A DNA stretch of 29,734 nucleotides, from IMG/VR virus record IMGVR_UViG_3300012667_000279, positions 1-29,734 of that record. One strand, 5' to 3'. The DNA comes from a virus. Its lineage: Duplodnaviria > Caudoviricetes. Shown one piece after another: positions 1-7,367 of the stretch. Made by a program: the position numbers and the translations under genes. The notes beneath the pieces are model-generated. The model was not told where the DNA came from. It worked only from the letters and a program-made list of their open reading frames with translations, and did not search any database. How positions within the stretch are numbered: position 1 is the stretch's first letter; each line of letters opens with the position of its first letter.

Positions 1-55
1 GTTTACGTGTGACATCGTGAGTCCTGCAAACAAGGTCGATTACCTTATCTTCAAA
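1..55 (+). repeat. 55-bp direct terminal repeat, left copy (circular-assembly overlap)
   Basis: 1..55 is identical to 29680..29734 (gtttacgtgtgacatcg...ttatcttcaaa). Confidence 0.97.
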
Positions 56-193
56 TGAATAGACATAGTTTTCTTCCTTTTCAAGAATCATACGTTGTAG
101 TTCCTTCGCGTTTTCATTGGTGAACACGTTTAAAAACTCTCGGTAGTTCTTAATCCTGTAACGGTCAAGAAATTGTATTAAAGAATTACTCAT
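1..193 (-). CDS. N-terminal part of DnaA domain-IV-like DNA-binding protein (spans the circular junction)
   Basis: ATG at 193 (MSNSLIQFLDRYRIKNYREF...) stays open through the terminal repeat and joins the 29249..29527 ORF; about 207 aa in total. Confidence 0.85.
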   Translation of the reverse strand, partial: MSNSLIQFLDRYRIKNYREFLNVFTNENAKELQRMILEKEENYVYSFEDKVIDLVCRTHDVTRK

Positions 194-434
194 CTTGACC
201 TCCGTATGTTTCGTTGTAGTATTCATTTCCATCTTCAAATTCTTTACGACCGACACGGTTGTAAAAGTAATTGTAATTTCCATCATTCCATACTTCTACA
301 ATCTGCTTACGTTCCATTTGTAGTGCTTGTTCAATTAATATGTCAAAATCTTCCCATGTTACTTTACAGCATTGTGGGTCTCCATAAGATTCAAGTTGTT
401 GTTTTAACCAATCTAACGCTGTTTGTTTACTCAT
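186..434 (-). CDS. hypothetical early protein
   Basis: ORF 186..464. The likely start is ATG 434 (MSKQTALDWL), overlapping the upstream stop in GATGAGTAA. Confidence 0.7.
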   Translation of the reverse strand: MSKQTALDWLKQQLESYGDPQCCKVTWEDFDILIEQALQMERKQIVEVWNDGNYNYFYNRVGRKEFEDGNEYYNETYGGQDE

Positions 435-660
435 CACCTTCGTTTTTAATTGTTCTTTTTTCACTTTCTAAAATTAGTTCTACGATTTCCTTTGAACTGA
501 TGCCAGTATACTTGCTTATCTTGGTAATGTCGCACACGTGCATTAACATTGGATAACGTGTCCATTTTTGCGCCTGTGGATAGCTGATGTTCATTGCTTT
601 CGCAAGGCTCGGGGTAGTCCCGAACCAAGCGAAAACAAATAATTCCCATTTACTTTTCAT
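427..660 (-). CDS. Cro/CI-like helix-turn-helix protein
   Basis: 77 aa; PSLAKAMNISYPQAQKW fits an HTH pattern, followed by ITKISKYTGIS. Confidence 0.55.
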   Translation of the reverse strand: MKSKWELFVFAWFGTTPSLAKAMNISYPQAQKWTRYPMLMHVCDITKISKYTGISSKEIVELILESEKRTIKNEGDE

Positions 661-781
661 CGTTTAACTTATCAATTAGGTTAATGATTGGGTTAAATAG
701 TTCCGCTATGTGCGGATCGTACGAGTGTTCCTTTTGTTGTGCTAAAGTACACTTTAAGATTTGCTCTAATTTGTTGTTCAT
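650..781 (-). CDS. small hypothetical protein (43 aa, not in ORF track)
   Basis: MNNKLEQILKCTLAQQKEHSYDPHIAELFNPIINLIDKLNDEK*; fills the gap and overlaps the next start. Confidence 0.55.
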   Translation of the reverse strand: MNNKLEQILKCTLAQQKEHSYDPHIAELFNPIINLIDKLNDEK

Positions 782-816
782 AATAAGGGTTTTAAAATTT
801 TAATTGTTTCAATCAT

Positions 817-1269
817 TCAAAATGGTAAGTCGCCTGCATCCATTTTAGAGTTACTATTTGCGCTATCTTTCGCATCATCAGTTAAACCAATACCAGTCAA
901 AAGATACTTTTCGAATAGTTGAGCAACCTCAATAACTTTCGCAGGATTGTCGCTATGGTTCATATCAACAGAAGCCTTCAAAGCTACTGCACGTGCGATA
1001 GATTCTTCTTTGTCCTTTGAGTTGTTCGCTTGGTAGTTGCTACCTGTTGAACTCGGAGTAAATGAACGTTGTTCCTGTACCCACTTGATTTTGTGACCGC
1101 GCCCACTTGGAGTGATTTCGTAATTCTTCGTGTCACCAACCGCGAAGGGTGGTTGTTGGGATTTAGAAAACACCGTACCGGTATCTCCGTTCTCCATTGT
1201 AACTTCAAACTTGAACATATCGTTCCAAGTTCCCGCGCCTTGCACGTGTGTGATTTTTGATGTAGCCAT
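817..1269 (-). CDS. putative single-stranded DNA-binding protein
   Basis: Beta-rich OB-like N-terminus, low-complexity linker and acidic C-terminal tip ending GDLPF, as typical of SSBs. Confidence 0.6.
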   Translation of the reverse strand: MATSKITHVQGAGTWNDMFKFEVTMENGDTGTVFSKSQQPPFAVGDTKNYEITPSGRGHKIKWVQEQRSFTPSSTGSNYQANNSKDKEESIARAVALKASVDMNHSDNPAKVIEVAQLFEKYLLTGIGLTDDAKDSANSNSKMDAGDLPF

Positions 1270-1278
1270 CGTTTTTAT

Positions 1279-1509
1279 TTATTTAATTGTTAAATTGTTT
1301 TCGGTATCAGTTGATCCTATTGCCCAAAATTCATCTTTCATTATTGGATGATGTTTTGCGTGGTTATCTATACACTTGTCGCACCATTCTTGGTAATCTT
1401 CGATGCTGGTGTAAACAACATATAGTTCGCTTTCGTAGTGAATCTCGGAACACTTCTCGCAACGTTCGCCATCAAAGATACTTGTTGGGGGGTTTATGTT
1501 ATCGTACAT
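1279..1509 (-). CDS. small zinc-ribbon-like protein
   Basis: CEKC...CDKC cysteine pairs in 76 aa. Confidence 0.6.
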   Translation of the reverse strand: MYDNINPPTSIFDGERCEKCSEIHYESELYVVYTSIEDYQEWCDKCIDNHAKHHPIMKDEFWAIGSTDTENNLTIK

Positions 1510-1669
1510 ATGTTCTTTCAGTTAATAGGTCTTCCATTCTTTCAAGTGGGCTACGCGGTACACTATTCGCGATGTGTTGAGCCAGTGCGTTGTAATCGAG
1601 TTGTTCGGTTGGATAACTTGACGATTGAACGCATACAAACTTTTTGGGATAACTTAAATCTAATTTCAT
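1499..1669 (-). CDS. small hypothetical protein (56 aa, not in ORF track)
   Basis: MKLDLSYPKKFVCVQSSSYPTEQLDYNALAQHIAN...; coupled to both neighbours. Confidence 0.6.
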   Translation of the reverse strand: MKLDLSYPKKFVCVQSSSYPTEQLDYNALAQHIANSVPRSPLERMEDLLTERTYVR

Positions 1670-1827
1670 AGTGCGCGATGATTGGGTTTTTTTACTGCGT
1701 TTAAAGTTGATTCTAATTCTTCAGGTGTGAATACATCGTTAGCATATTGCTTAACGTATCTTTCAACCGCTAACTTCACAATAATAACTTCGGTTGATGT
1801 CAGTTCTAATCTCCAAAACTTTTCCAT
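1666..1827 (-). CDS. small hypothetical protein (53 aa, not in ORF track)
   Basis: MEKFWRLELTSTEVIIVKLAVERY...; ATGA overlap with the next gene. Confidence 0.6.
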   Translation of the reverse strand: MEKFWRLELTSTEVIIVKLAVERYVKQYANDVFTPEELESTLNAVKKPNHRAL

Positions 1828-1829
1828 AA

Positions 1830-2042
1830 TTAAGCAATTTCAAAGATATAGATTTCACTTCTAAAAGGCGAAGTAGCGGGTACTTCTAAATCATAAGCAT
1901 AACCGAACCCATCTTGATCCTCATTGTAAGTAAGGCTCATTTCGTCAGCGTGTCGGTGAACTGATTGATTTGCTAGTTCTAATGTTGGGAAGTCAAACAC
2001 CTTCGCTTGAGTTCCTGATTCGTGGATAATTACTTGGTACAT
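1830..2042 (-). CDS. hypothetical early protein
   Basis: 70-aa ORF with an A-rich start context. Confidence 0.7.
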   Translation of the reverse strand: MYQVIIHESGTQAKVFDFPTLELANQSVHRHADEMSLTYNEDQDGFGYAYDLEVPATSPFRSEIYIFEIA

Positions 2043-2077
2043 ATTTGTTGTTTTTAAGTTGTTTGCTAATTTAAGTT

Positions 2078-2103
2078 ATGCGTTGAATAGTCGCATCCCT
2101 ATT
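2078..2103 (-). other. candidate compact H-type RNA pseudoknot (intergenic)
   Basis: Minus strand AAUAG-GG-AUGCG-A-CUAUU-CAA-CGCAU forms two interleaved 5-bp stems. Confidence 0.5.
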
Positions 2104-2108
2104 TTGAT

Positions 2109-2333
2109 TTATTTTACTTCTACAAATACACAAGAATAGTCACACTCTAAATCGTATTCACATTCTACTTGCGCATTCATTCCGAAATACTTTGCAATTC
2201 TTTGCATTGCTGCTTGGTTGTCACCTTCAAAGTGGAAAGTAAATGATTTCTCACCTCTGATTGTAAAGTCAACTGCGATTCCTGCGATTTGTGAAATTAC
2301 ACTCTTAACCATTTCAATTTTTGCGTTTTTCAT
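2109..2333 (-). CDS. hypothetical protein, first gene of the leftward arm
   Basis: 74-aa ORF directly downstream of a consensus promoter. Confidence 0.75.
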   Translation of the reverse strand: MKNAKIEMVKSVISQIAGIAVDFTIRGEKSFTFHFEGDNQAAMQRIAKYFGMNAQVECEYDLECDYSCVFVEVK

Positions 2334-2356
2334 TTGTTCTTTGTTTTTGTTCTTTG

Positions 2357-2389
2357 CAAATATATATACATTTCTTTCTTCATTCCAAA
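2357..2389 (-). promoter_or_regulatory. Bacteroidota primary-sigma promoter (leftward early)
   Basis: Minus strand TTTG (2389-2386), 21-nt spacer, TATATTTG (2364-2357); matches the -33 TTTG / -7 TAnnTTTG consensus. Confidence 0.8.
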
Positions 2390-2462
2390 TAAATTTTAAA
2401 GAAAAATAAAACTTTTTTCATTTTTGTTGATTTTACGCGGGTTTCGGAAGGTCATTAAATAG

Positions 2463-2470
2463 TAATTTAG
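2463..2470 (+). promoter_or_regulatory. possible rightward -7 element
   Basis: TAATTTAG (1 mismatch to TAnnTTTG) 18 nt before the VRR-NUC ATG; no good -33 element. Confidence 0.4.
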
Positions 2471-2488
2471 ATCCATTCTAAATAGTAG

Positions 2489-2884
2489 ATGAAGCAAAAG
2501 ATAGTCAATTCATTAAAACCGAGAGCGAAAAAACCCTATTCGGGTGAGGCGGGTGTGCAAATTGCGGTGATTCAGTACCTAAAAGTCGCTTATCCTACTG
2601 CTATTTACTGCGCTTCAGCAGGTGGTATGTTCACAAGTATGAAACAAGCTATCAAAATGAAGGCGACTGGATATGTAAAAGGGTTTCCCGACTTACAAAT
2701 CTGCGAACCAAATGAAAAATACCACGGGCTATTCATTGAATTAAAGACCGAGAAAGGCGTAGTGAGTAAGGAACAAAAGGAATGGATCAAACAACTAAAC
2801 AAAAGGGGTTATTATGCGTCTATATGTAAAGGATTCGATGAGGCGCAAAAGATTATAGATGGTTATTTCGCAGGAACAATATAA
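2489..2884 (+). CDS. VRR-NUC domain nuclease (PD-(D/E)xK, resolvase-like)
   Basis: GYVKGFPDLQI...GLFIELKTEKGVVSKEQKEW motifs. Confidence 0.9.
   Translation: MKQKIVNSLKPRAKKPYSGEAGVQIAVIQYLKVAYPTAIYCASAGGMFTSMKQAIKMKATGYVKGFPDLQICEPNEKYHGLFIELKTEKGVVSKEQKEWIKQLNKRGYYASICKGFDEAQKIIDGYFAGTI
2815..2821 (+). promoter_or_regulatory. TGCGTCT motif upstream of the sigma gene (candidate phage-sigma -10)
   Basis: TTATGCGTCTAT is shared with the site upstream of the scaffold gene. Confidence 0.4.
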
Positions 2885-3353
2885 CAAGTACCGAGAGTTC
2901 GCAAGGAACTTGACAAAATCTTCTTTTGAAGGGGATGAACTTTTGCACTCTACACTTTTAAACATCCTCGAAACTGATACATCCAAGATAAACGACATTG
3001 ACTCGTATATCATTTGTTCGCTAAAGTGGGAATATATCCGACCACGTACACGATACAAGAAGTTAATTGGTGACTTCCAAGCGAATTGGACAGACCTTGA
3101 ACCGCATCAATTCGAAGTTGAACTAAACAACAACCGCGAAACGTGGATAGGTTCACGACTAACCAATGAGCAACTTGACATCCTAATGAGCCGCTTACCA
3201 TTCTTTGAACGTGAGGTATTCAATTTATACGTTATGAATGGTTTTAGTTACCGAGAGTTGTCCAATGAAACTGGCATACCTGTATCTTATTTATACGACA
3301 CGGTCAAACGTGCCAAAGAAGAAATAAAAAAATGTATCAAATATGACGAATAG
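2859..3353 (+). CDS. ECF-like sigma-70 family factor
   Basis: Region-2-like FARNLTKSSFEGDELLHSTLL and region-4 HTH LPFFEREVFNLY...SYRELSNETGIPVSYLYDTVKRAK; 164 aa. Confidence 0.8.
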   Translation: MVISQEQYNKYREFARNLTKSSFEGDELLHSTLLNILETDTSKINDIDSYIICSLKWEYIRPRTRYKKLIGDFQANWTDLEPHQFEVELNNNRETWIGSRLTNEQLDILMSRLPFFEREVFNLYVMNGFSYRELSNETGIPVSYLYDTVKRAKEEIKKCIKYDE

Positions 3354-3846
3354 AGATATGTATGAATATCGGATGGGAATCTGCAAAGCCTGTCCAATCT
3401 TTAACCACACAACCCGAACCTGTGGAACGGCATTGTCTAAATTAAATCCATTCAATGAATGGCAAGAAATGAATGGGGTTCGCTTTAAGCCATGTGGTTG
3501 TTTTATGGACGTAAAGGCTCGGATGGCACTTCAGGAATGTCCTGCTAAAATGTGGACAGCGCAAACTGACAATGACACAATCGAAGAGGCAAAGGAATTA
3601 ATTGCTACCATTAAGAAATCGGGAGTGGTTACCGGTGAACAACGATCCGTATTAGGCAAACTTAAGGCAATCATTAACGGAGACACAAAGCCTATTAAGT
3701 TGAGACATTGTATTGGTTGCGTGACCAAGATAGTTGATGAATTAACTCACCAACTGAAACGCGAAGATTCAGAGTTGTTATTAGATACAAATGAAGTCGA
3801 ACAACCACAACCAAAAAAACGTGGAAGAAAACGAAGAACTGAATGA
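3343..3846 (+). CDS. cysteine-rich putative metal-binding protein
   Basis: RxxICxxCP...C...CGCF..K.....CP..W plus CIGC; basic C-terminal tail PKKRGRKRR. Confidence 0.7.
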   Translation: MTNRDMYEYRMGICKACPIFNHTTRTCGTALSKLNPFNEWQEMNGVRFKPCGCFMDVKARMALQECPAKMWTAQTDNDTIEEAKELIATIKKSGVVTGEQRSVLGKLKAIINGDTKPIKLRHCIGCVTKIVDELTHQLKREDSELLLDTNEVEQPQPKKRGRKRRTE

Positions 3847-4025
3847 GCCTGCTACATTTCTTTTTTATGTCGTATTTAACGACCGTATTACTACATATTG
3901 GATTCTTCCTGACGCTAATGCGCTATCACTGCATTCGTTTCACAACTGAAAACATAGTAGGAATGCTATTCACATCTCTAACCTTTCCGCTATGGTGGTT
4001 TGGTGTGTTGAAGAATCGTGAATAA
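3843..4025 (+). CDS. small membrane protein
   Basis: 60 aa with two hydrophobic segments; ATGA overlap with the upstream gene. Confidence 0.6.
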   Translation: MSLLHFFFMSYLTTVLLHIGFFLTLMRYHCIRFTTENIVGMLFTSLTFPLWWFGVLKNRE

Positions 4026-4041
4026 ATATTAAGGCAACCGA

Positions 4042-4245
4042 TTGTATTTTAGTGCATCTTTGTTTCGTGGACATTAGCACTAAATATATTTGTTTTTCAT
4101 ACAGATTCCGTTGGGGGCAGTCCACATCCCCTTCGGAATTTTGTTTTTATATTGAATGAGTTATTTAAAATTACTTCCTTTTGGCATAGGGGAATGCAAC
4201 AGCTACACTTGCGATACTTCAACGCTTGGATCGTGTAAAATTTTA
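4042..4245 (+). ncRNA. candidate structured non-coding RNA or leader
   Basis: ORF-free. TATTTTAG and TATATTTG -7-like elements; hairpins at 4048-4084, 4105-4139 (with U-tract), about 4175-4194 and about 4204-4237. Confidence 0.4.
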
Positions 4246-4268
4246 AATGATTCTTTTTTCGGGGGACT

Positions 4269-4312
4269 TTTTTCTTTTCTTTCTTTTTGTCCTTTTTCTT
4301 TCTTTTCTTTTT
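4269..4312. repeat. perfect homopyrimidine mirror repeat (H-DNA candidate)
   Basis: T5CT4CT3CT5-GTCC-T5CT3CT4CT5; 20-nt arms and a 4-nt loop. Confidence 0.85.
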
Positions 4313-4344
4313 GAAAATAGTTTATTAAATACAATATATAAGTT

Positions 4345-4560
4345 ATGTTAGGTGTATTAAGATTAGAATGTGATAATCAATGGTATGTTCATTGGAATAA
4401 CTATTGTACAGTTCAAATGATAGATGAAAGTATAGATACTTCATATTTTAAAAGTGGTAGTCTAATTGAATTTGAAATAAAATTAGCATCACATGAAGTA
4501 TTTACTATAAATAGTTCAAATAAACATAGAGCGTTTCCTTTAAGATTTATATTAAATTAA
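4345..4560 (+). CDS. hypothetical protein (very AT-rich)
   Basis: 71-aa ORF. Confidence 0.55.
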   Translation: MLGVLRLECDNQWYVHWNNYCTVQMIDESIDTSYFKSGSLIEFEIKLASHEVFTINSSNKHRAFPLRFILN

Positions 4561-4564
4561 TACT

Positions 4565-4738
4565 ATGAATAATTATTCAGTAACTTTTTTTTATGGTCAA
4601 AATGACAATCAAAGAGTGATTGAAATTTATGATGTAAAAACTATCGCATATGATAAAGATGTGGTGTATTTTTTTGGAGAGGATGATAAACCCAAATTTA
4701 TACTAAAGCATGATAAATATTTTATTGGTAAAATATGA
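4565..4738 (+). CDS. small hypothetical protein (57 aa, not in ORF track)
   Basis: MNNYSVTFFYGQNDNQRVIEIYDV...; ATGA overlap with the gene at 4735. Confidence 0.55.
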   Translation: MNNYSVTFFYGQNDNQRVIEIYDVKTIAYDKDVVYFFGEDDKPKFILKHDKYFIGKI

Positions 4739-5091
4739 TAATACTTCCAGCACAAATCGAATCTATCAAAAGTCGTAAAGACCGAACTACTGCTATTGTA
4801 ATAGGCACTAATGAACTTACTCCCGACCAAGCGGGGCAAATATTCAGCCTTCAAAATTCGTTTGTCTATTGCGCTCTAAAAGAAGAGGAATTTGCGTCTA
4901 AAGAAAAGGAGATAATAGATGAGCTAAAAGCCGACTTTGAGATAGAAAAGAAAAGCAATGGGCAACGATTAAGGAATGTGCTGTATAAATTGTGGGAGCA
5001 GGATAAAGAAGGGTTCTTAACCTTTGCAAAGTATTACGACCATAAGATGGAGCAACTAATTAACCACTTTAAAACTAAACTCGATGTTTAA
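4735..5091 (+). CDS. hypothetical phage protein
   Basis: 118-aa ORF in the operon; C-terminal QRLRNVLYKLWEQ segment. Confidence 0.75.
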   Translation: MIILPAQIESIKSRKDRTTAIVIGTNELTPDQAGQIFSLQNSFVYCALKEEEFASKEKEIIDELKADFEIEKKSNGQRLRNVLYKLWEQDKEGFLTFAKYYDHKMEQLINHFKTKLDV

Positions 5092-5317
5092 AAAGTGTTT
5101 TACTTGTAGTTATAAATTACCATTATTTATGTTTAGTGAGGATCGTAGACCATACAAACGAGAACACGACAAAGGAAAGGTTAAGTGTTGCAGGATGTGT
5201 AATTATAAGAGATGGTCAAAATTACGTGAAGATTGGTTTTGTAATGTTGAGACAAATAAATTTGAGTTGGTGAAATTCAATAGTAAATTAGACATATTAA
5301 AAAGAGTATTACGATGA
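5084..5317 (+). CDS. small Cys-motif protein
   Basis: CFTC...CRMC pairs; coupled to both neighbours. Confidence 0.6.
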   Translation: MFKKCFTCSYKLPLFMFSEDRRPYKREHDKGKVKCCRMCNYKRWSKLREDWFCNVETNKFELVKFNSKLDILKRVLR

Positions 5318-5676
5318 AGAAACAAGTAGAACAAGTAAAAGAGTTTCGAACTGCGTTTGGCTTATCTAACAACGTACACGACTGCGACAAAGAACTTCAT
5401 CAAGCACTGGTTACCGAGGAACTTGAAGAGATGATCCAAGCCAATAATCACGTTGAGATTGCTGATGCTATCATTGACCAAATGTATTTGCTTATCGGTT
5501 ATGCCTGTAACCTACAAATTGAGGACAAACTTGAAGCCCTATTCGATGAAGTACACCGTTCTAATATGTCGAAGTTAGATAAGGAAGGAAAGCCTATTTA
5601 CCGTGCTGATGGAAAGGTTATGAAAAGTGAGTTGTACTTTAAGCCAAACCTCAAAAACATTTTGTTAAATTGTTAA
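5314..5676 (+). CDS. MazG/HisE-like all-alpha NTP pyrophosphohydrolase
   Basis: VKEF..AF, EELEE, EIADAIID, EVHRSNMSK and RADGKVMK motifs. Confidence 0.85.
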   Translation: MKKQVEQVKEFRTAFGLSNNVHDCDKELHQALVTEELEEMIQANNHVEIADAIIDQMYLLIGYACNLQIEDKLEALFDEVHRSNMSKLDKEGKPIYRADGKVMKSELYFKPNLKNILLNC

Positions 5677-5694
5677 TATCAATAGTTATCAACT

Positions 5695-5985
5695 ATGGCA
5701 TTTAAAAAAGGCGAAAGCGGAAACCCCAACGGACGACCTCACGGCGCGAAGTCCGAAAAAACTTTACAATGGGAGGCACTCGGTGAATCGATTACAGGAC
5801 AACAAGCGGAGCAGTTCAACGCGTTCTTGGATAAGTTATGGAAGTCACGTGATGACCAAGATAAGATGATTGCTTCCGAGTTGTATTTAAAGACACTTGA
5901 ATACTTTAAACCTAAACAGGCAAGGAATACAATAGTTGGCGATGCGGATGCGCCAGTACAAATTATTATATCTGATAAGTTATGA
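5695..5985 (+). CDS. terS: putative terminase small subunit (DUF5681-like)
   Basis: N-terminal FKKGESGNPNGRP motif and C-terminal GDADAPVQIII beta-tail. Confidence 0.55.
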   Translation: MAFKKGESGNPNGRPHGAKSEKTLQWEALGESITGQQAEQFNAFLDKLWKSRDDQDKMIASELYLKTLEYFKPKQARNTIVGDADAPVQIIISDKL

Positions 5986-6236
5986 TTACTAAAAAGAGCC
6001 TTTTAAAAATGGTTGAGATAACCGATTATAAAAGTGAGAAAGTGGAGTATGATGGAAGGCAATGGATTAAAATATCTTGCATTATGGATGGGTGGTATAG
6101 CTATTGGCTAAACACACCAGCATATGATGAAAATCAAAAATTAAAAACAAAACGTCAATTAATTGAAAAGATTAAAATTGAATTTTTAGGTGGTTTGTTA
6201 TTAGGTGCAATTTCTGAAAAATGCCATAAACAATGA
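5982..6236 (+). CDS. hypothetical protein
   Basis: 84-aa AT-rich ORF with ATGA overlaps at both ends. Confidence 0.6.
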   Translation: MITKKSLLKMVEITDYKSEKVEYDGRQWIKISCIMDGWYSYWLNTPAYDENQKLKTKRQLIEKIKIEFLGGLLLGAISEKCHKQ

Positions 6237-6463
6237 AGGCGGTAATTGAGTTCGACTTGAATGATGAAATGGATGTACTAACTCACAAAAGGTTTATGTC
6301 CATTGATTCGGTTTACTACGTGCTATGGCAGTTCACCGAAGAGATGAGAAGACAGGTTAAGTATAACACCGAAAACTACAATGGCGACCAATTAGAGGCA
6401 ATTGAAAAACTACGTGAGACATTTAATGAGTTACTAATAAATAATCAAATATCTTTAGACTGA
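6233..6463 (+). CDS. hypothetical phage protein
   Basis: 76-aa ORF (MKAVIEFDL...), coupled to neighbours. Confidence 0.7.
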   Translation: MKAVIEFDLNDEMDVLTHKRFMSIDSVYYVLWQFTEEMRRQVKYNTENYNGDQLEAIEKLRETFNELLINNQISLD

Positions 6464-6630
6464 TGGAAGAACAACGCGAACAACAAATGCACCACACTTA
6501 CCGCTTATGCGTAATGTTTGGTATGTGGCTACAACAACCACCACAAAGAAAGAGGTTGGCTAAAGGATCAATGACTGACCTATTCCAAGAATGGATTGAG
6601 TTAATAAGTAATCAACTTGGTGATGAGTAA
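6463..6630 (+). CDS. small hypothetical protein (55 aa, not in ORF track)
   Basis: MEEQREQQMHHTYRLCVMFGMWL...GDE*; TGATG and ATGAGTAA overlaps. Confidence 0.6.
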   Translation: MEEQREQQMHHTYRLCVMFGMWLQQPPQRKRLAKGSMTDLFQEWIELISNQLGDE

Positions 6631-7204
6631 AGTAAAACTTACCCTTGACTATTCAACTATAACGGTGAAACAATACGTTGACTTCCTTACCAACGAAGGC
6701 AATGAGATTGGACAGGTGTCCGCAATTATGGGACAACCGAAGGACTACGTTAGACAACTTTCACCCGAGGATATAACAAAGGTCATTGAGGCTTTCAAAT
6801 CGGTTATTGAGAATCCTGTAGCAGAACACAAGTACAAATGGAATAAGTTTGGGTTTGTTCCGGATATCAATAAGATTTCTTTTGGCGAATGGTTAGACCT
6901 TGAGAGTAACTGCAAGGACTTTCCCAAGAACCTCAATAAGATACTATCAATCCTTTACCGACCTATCCACTCCGAGATTGGTTCAAAGTACAAAATTGAG
7001 CCATACACCGCAGAACATTTAGCCAATGCGAAGGTGTTTGATGATATGCCTTTATCAATCGCAAATGGTGCGTTGGTTTTTTTTTCGAATATCGAAAACG
7101 AATTGTTGACTCGTTCCCTAGAGTATTTAGATACAACGATGATGATGGAGATGGAGAAGGCGATAGCGATGATGAAGGAAGCGGTGGCGCAACAAACGAC
7201 TTGA
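6623..7204 (+). CDS. putative tail assembly chaperone, short form
   Basis: ATG 6623; contains a T9 slippery run at VFF followed by a long open -1 frame, as in lambda G/GT. Confidence 0.65.
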   Translation: MSKVKLTLDYSTITVKQYVDFLTNEGNEIGQVSAIMGQPKDYVRQLSPEDITKVIEAFKSVIENPVAEHKYKWNKFGFVPDINKISFGEWLDLESNCKDFPKNLNKILSILYRPIHSEIGSKYKIEPYTAEHLANAKVFDDMPLSIANGALVFFSNIENELLTRSLEYLDTTMMMEMEKAIAMMKEAVAQQTT

Positions 7205-7362
7205 GTGAACGTTACGGATGGTTTCACGTAATCGAAGAATTAGCGGATCGTGATGTAACCAAGTTCGACACAATAACCGAAACACAAGCCAGTACCATAT
7301 TCGCTCACCTATCTTATCGAATAGATTATTTTTCTTTTCAAAAGCAACTCCTAAAAAAGTAA
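7078..7362 (+). CDS. -1 frameshift extension of the tail assembly chaperone (long form about 246 aa)
   Basis: T TTT TTT at 7078-7084; -1 frame FEYRKRIVDSFPRVF...YGWFHVIEELADRDVTKFDTI...LLKK*, 92 codons with no ATG. Confidence 0.7.
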   Translation, partial: FFFEYRKRIVDSFPRVFRYNDDDGDGEGDSDDEGSGGATNDLSERYGWFHVIEELADRDVTKFDTITETQASTIFAHLSYRIDYFSFQKQLLKK

Positions 7363-7367
7363 CCATT

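Noticed and set aside
1-55. Terminal repeat as a biological DTR or att site
   Set aside because: It is exactly 55 nt (a common assembler k-mer size) and falls inside a gene, so assembly overlap of a circular or permuted genome explains it best.
574-583. DnaA-box cluster marking an origin
   Set aside because: Only an isolated one-mismatch box (TGTGGATAG) inside a gene was noticed, with no cluster.
206-2409. Plus-strand ORFs antisense to the early genes (e.g. 206..556, 1287..1580, 2218..2409)
   Set aside because: They shadow a tightly coupled minus-strand operon and show no motifs or start context.
7137-7180. GAT/GGA-rich repeats as a tandem repeat or CRISPR-like array
   Set aside because: They are explained by the Asp/Gly-rich linker of the -1 frame, and there is no repeat-spacer periodicity.
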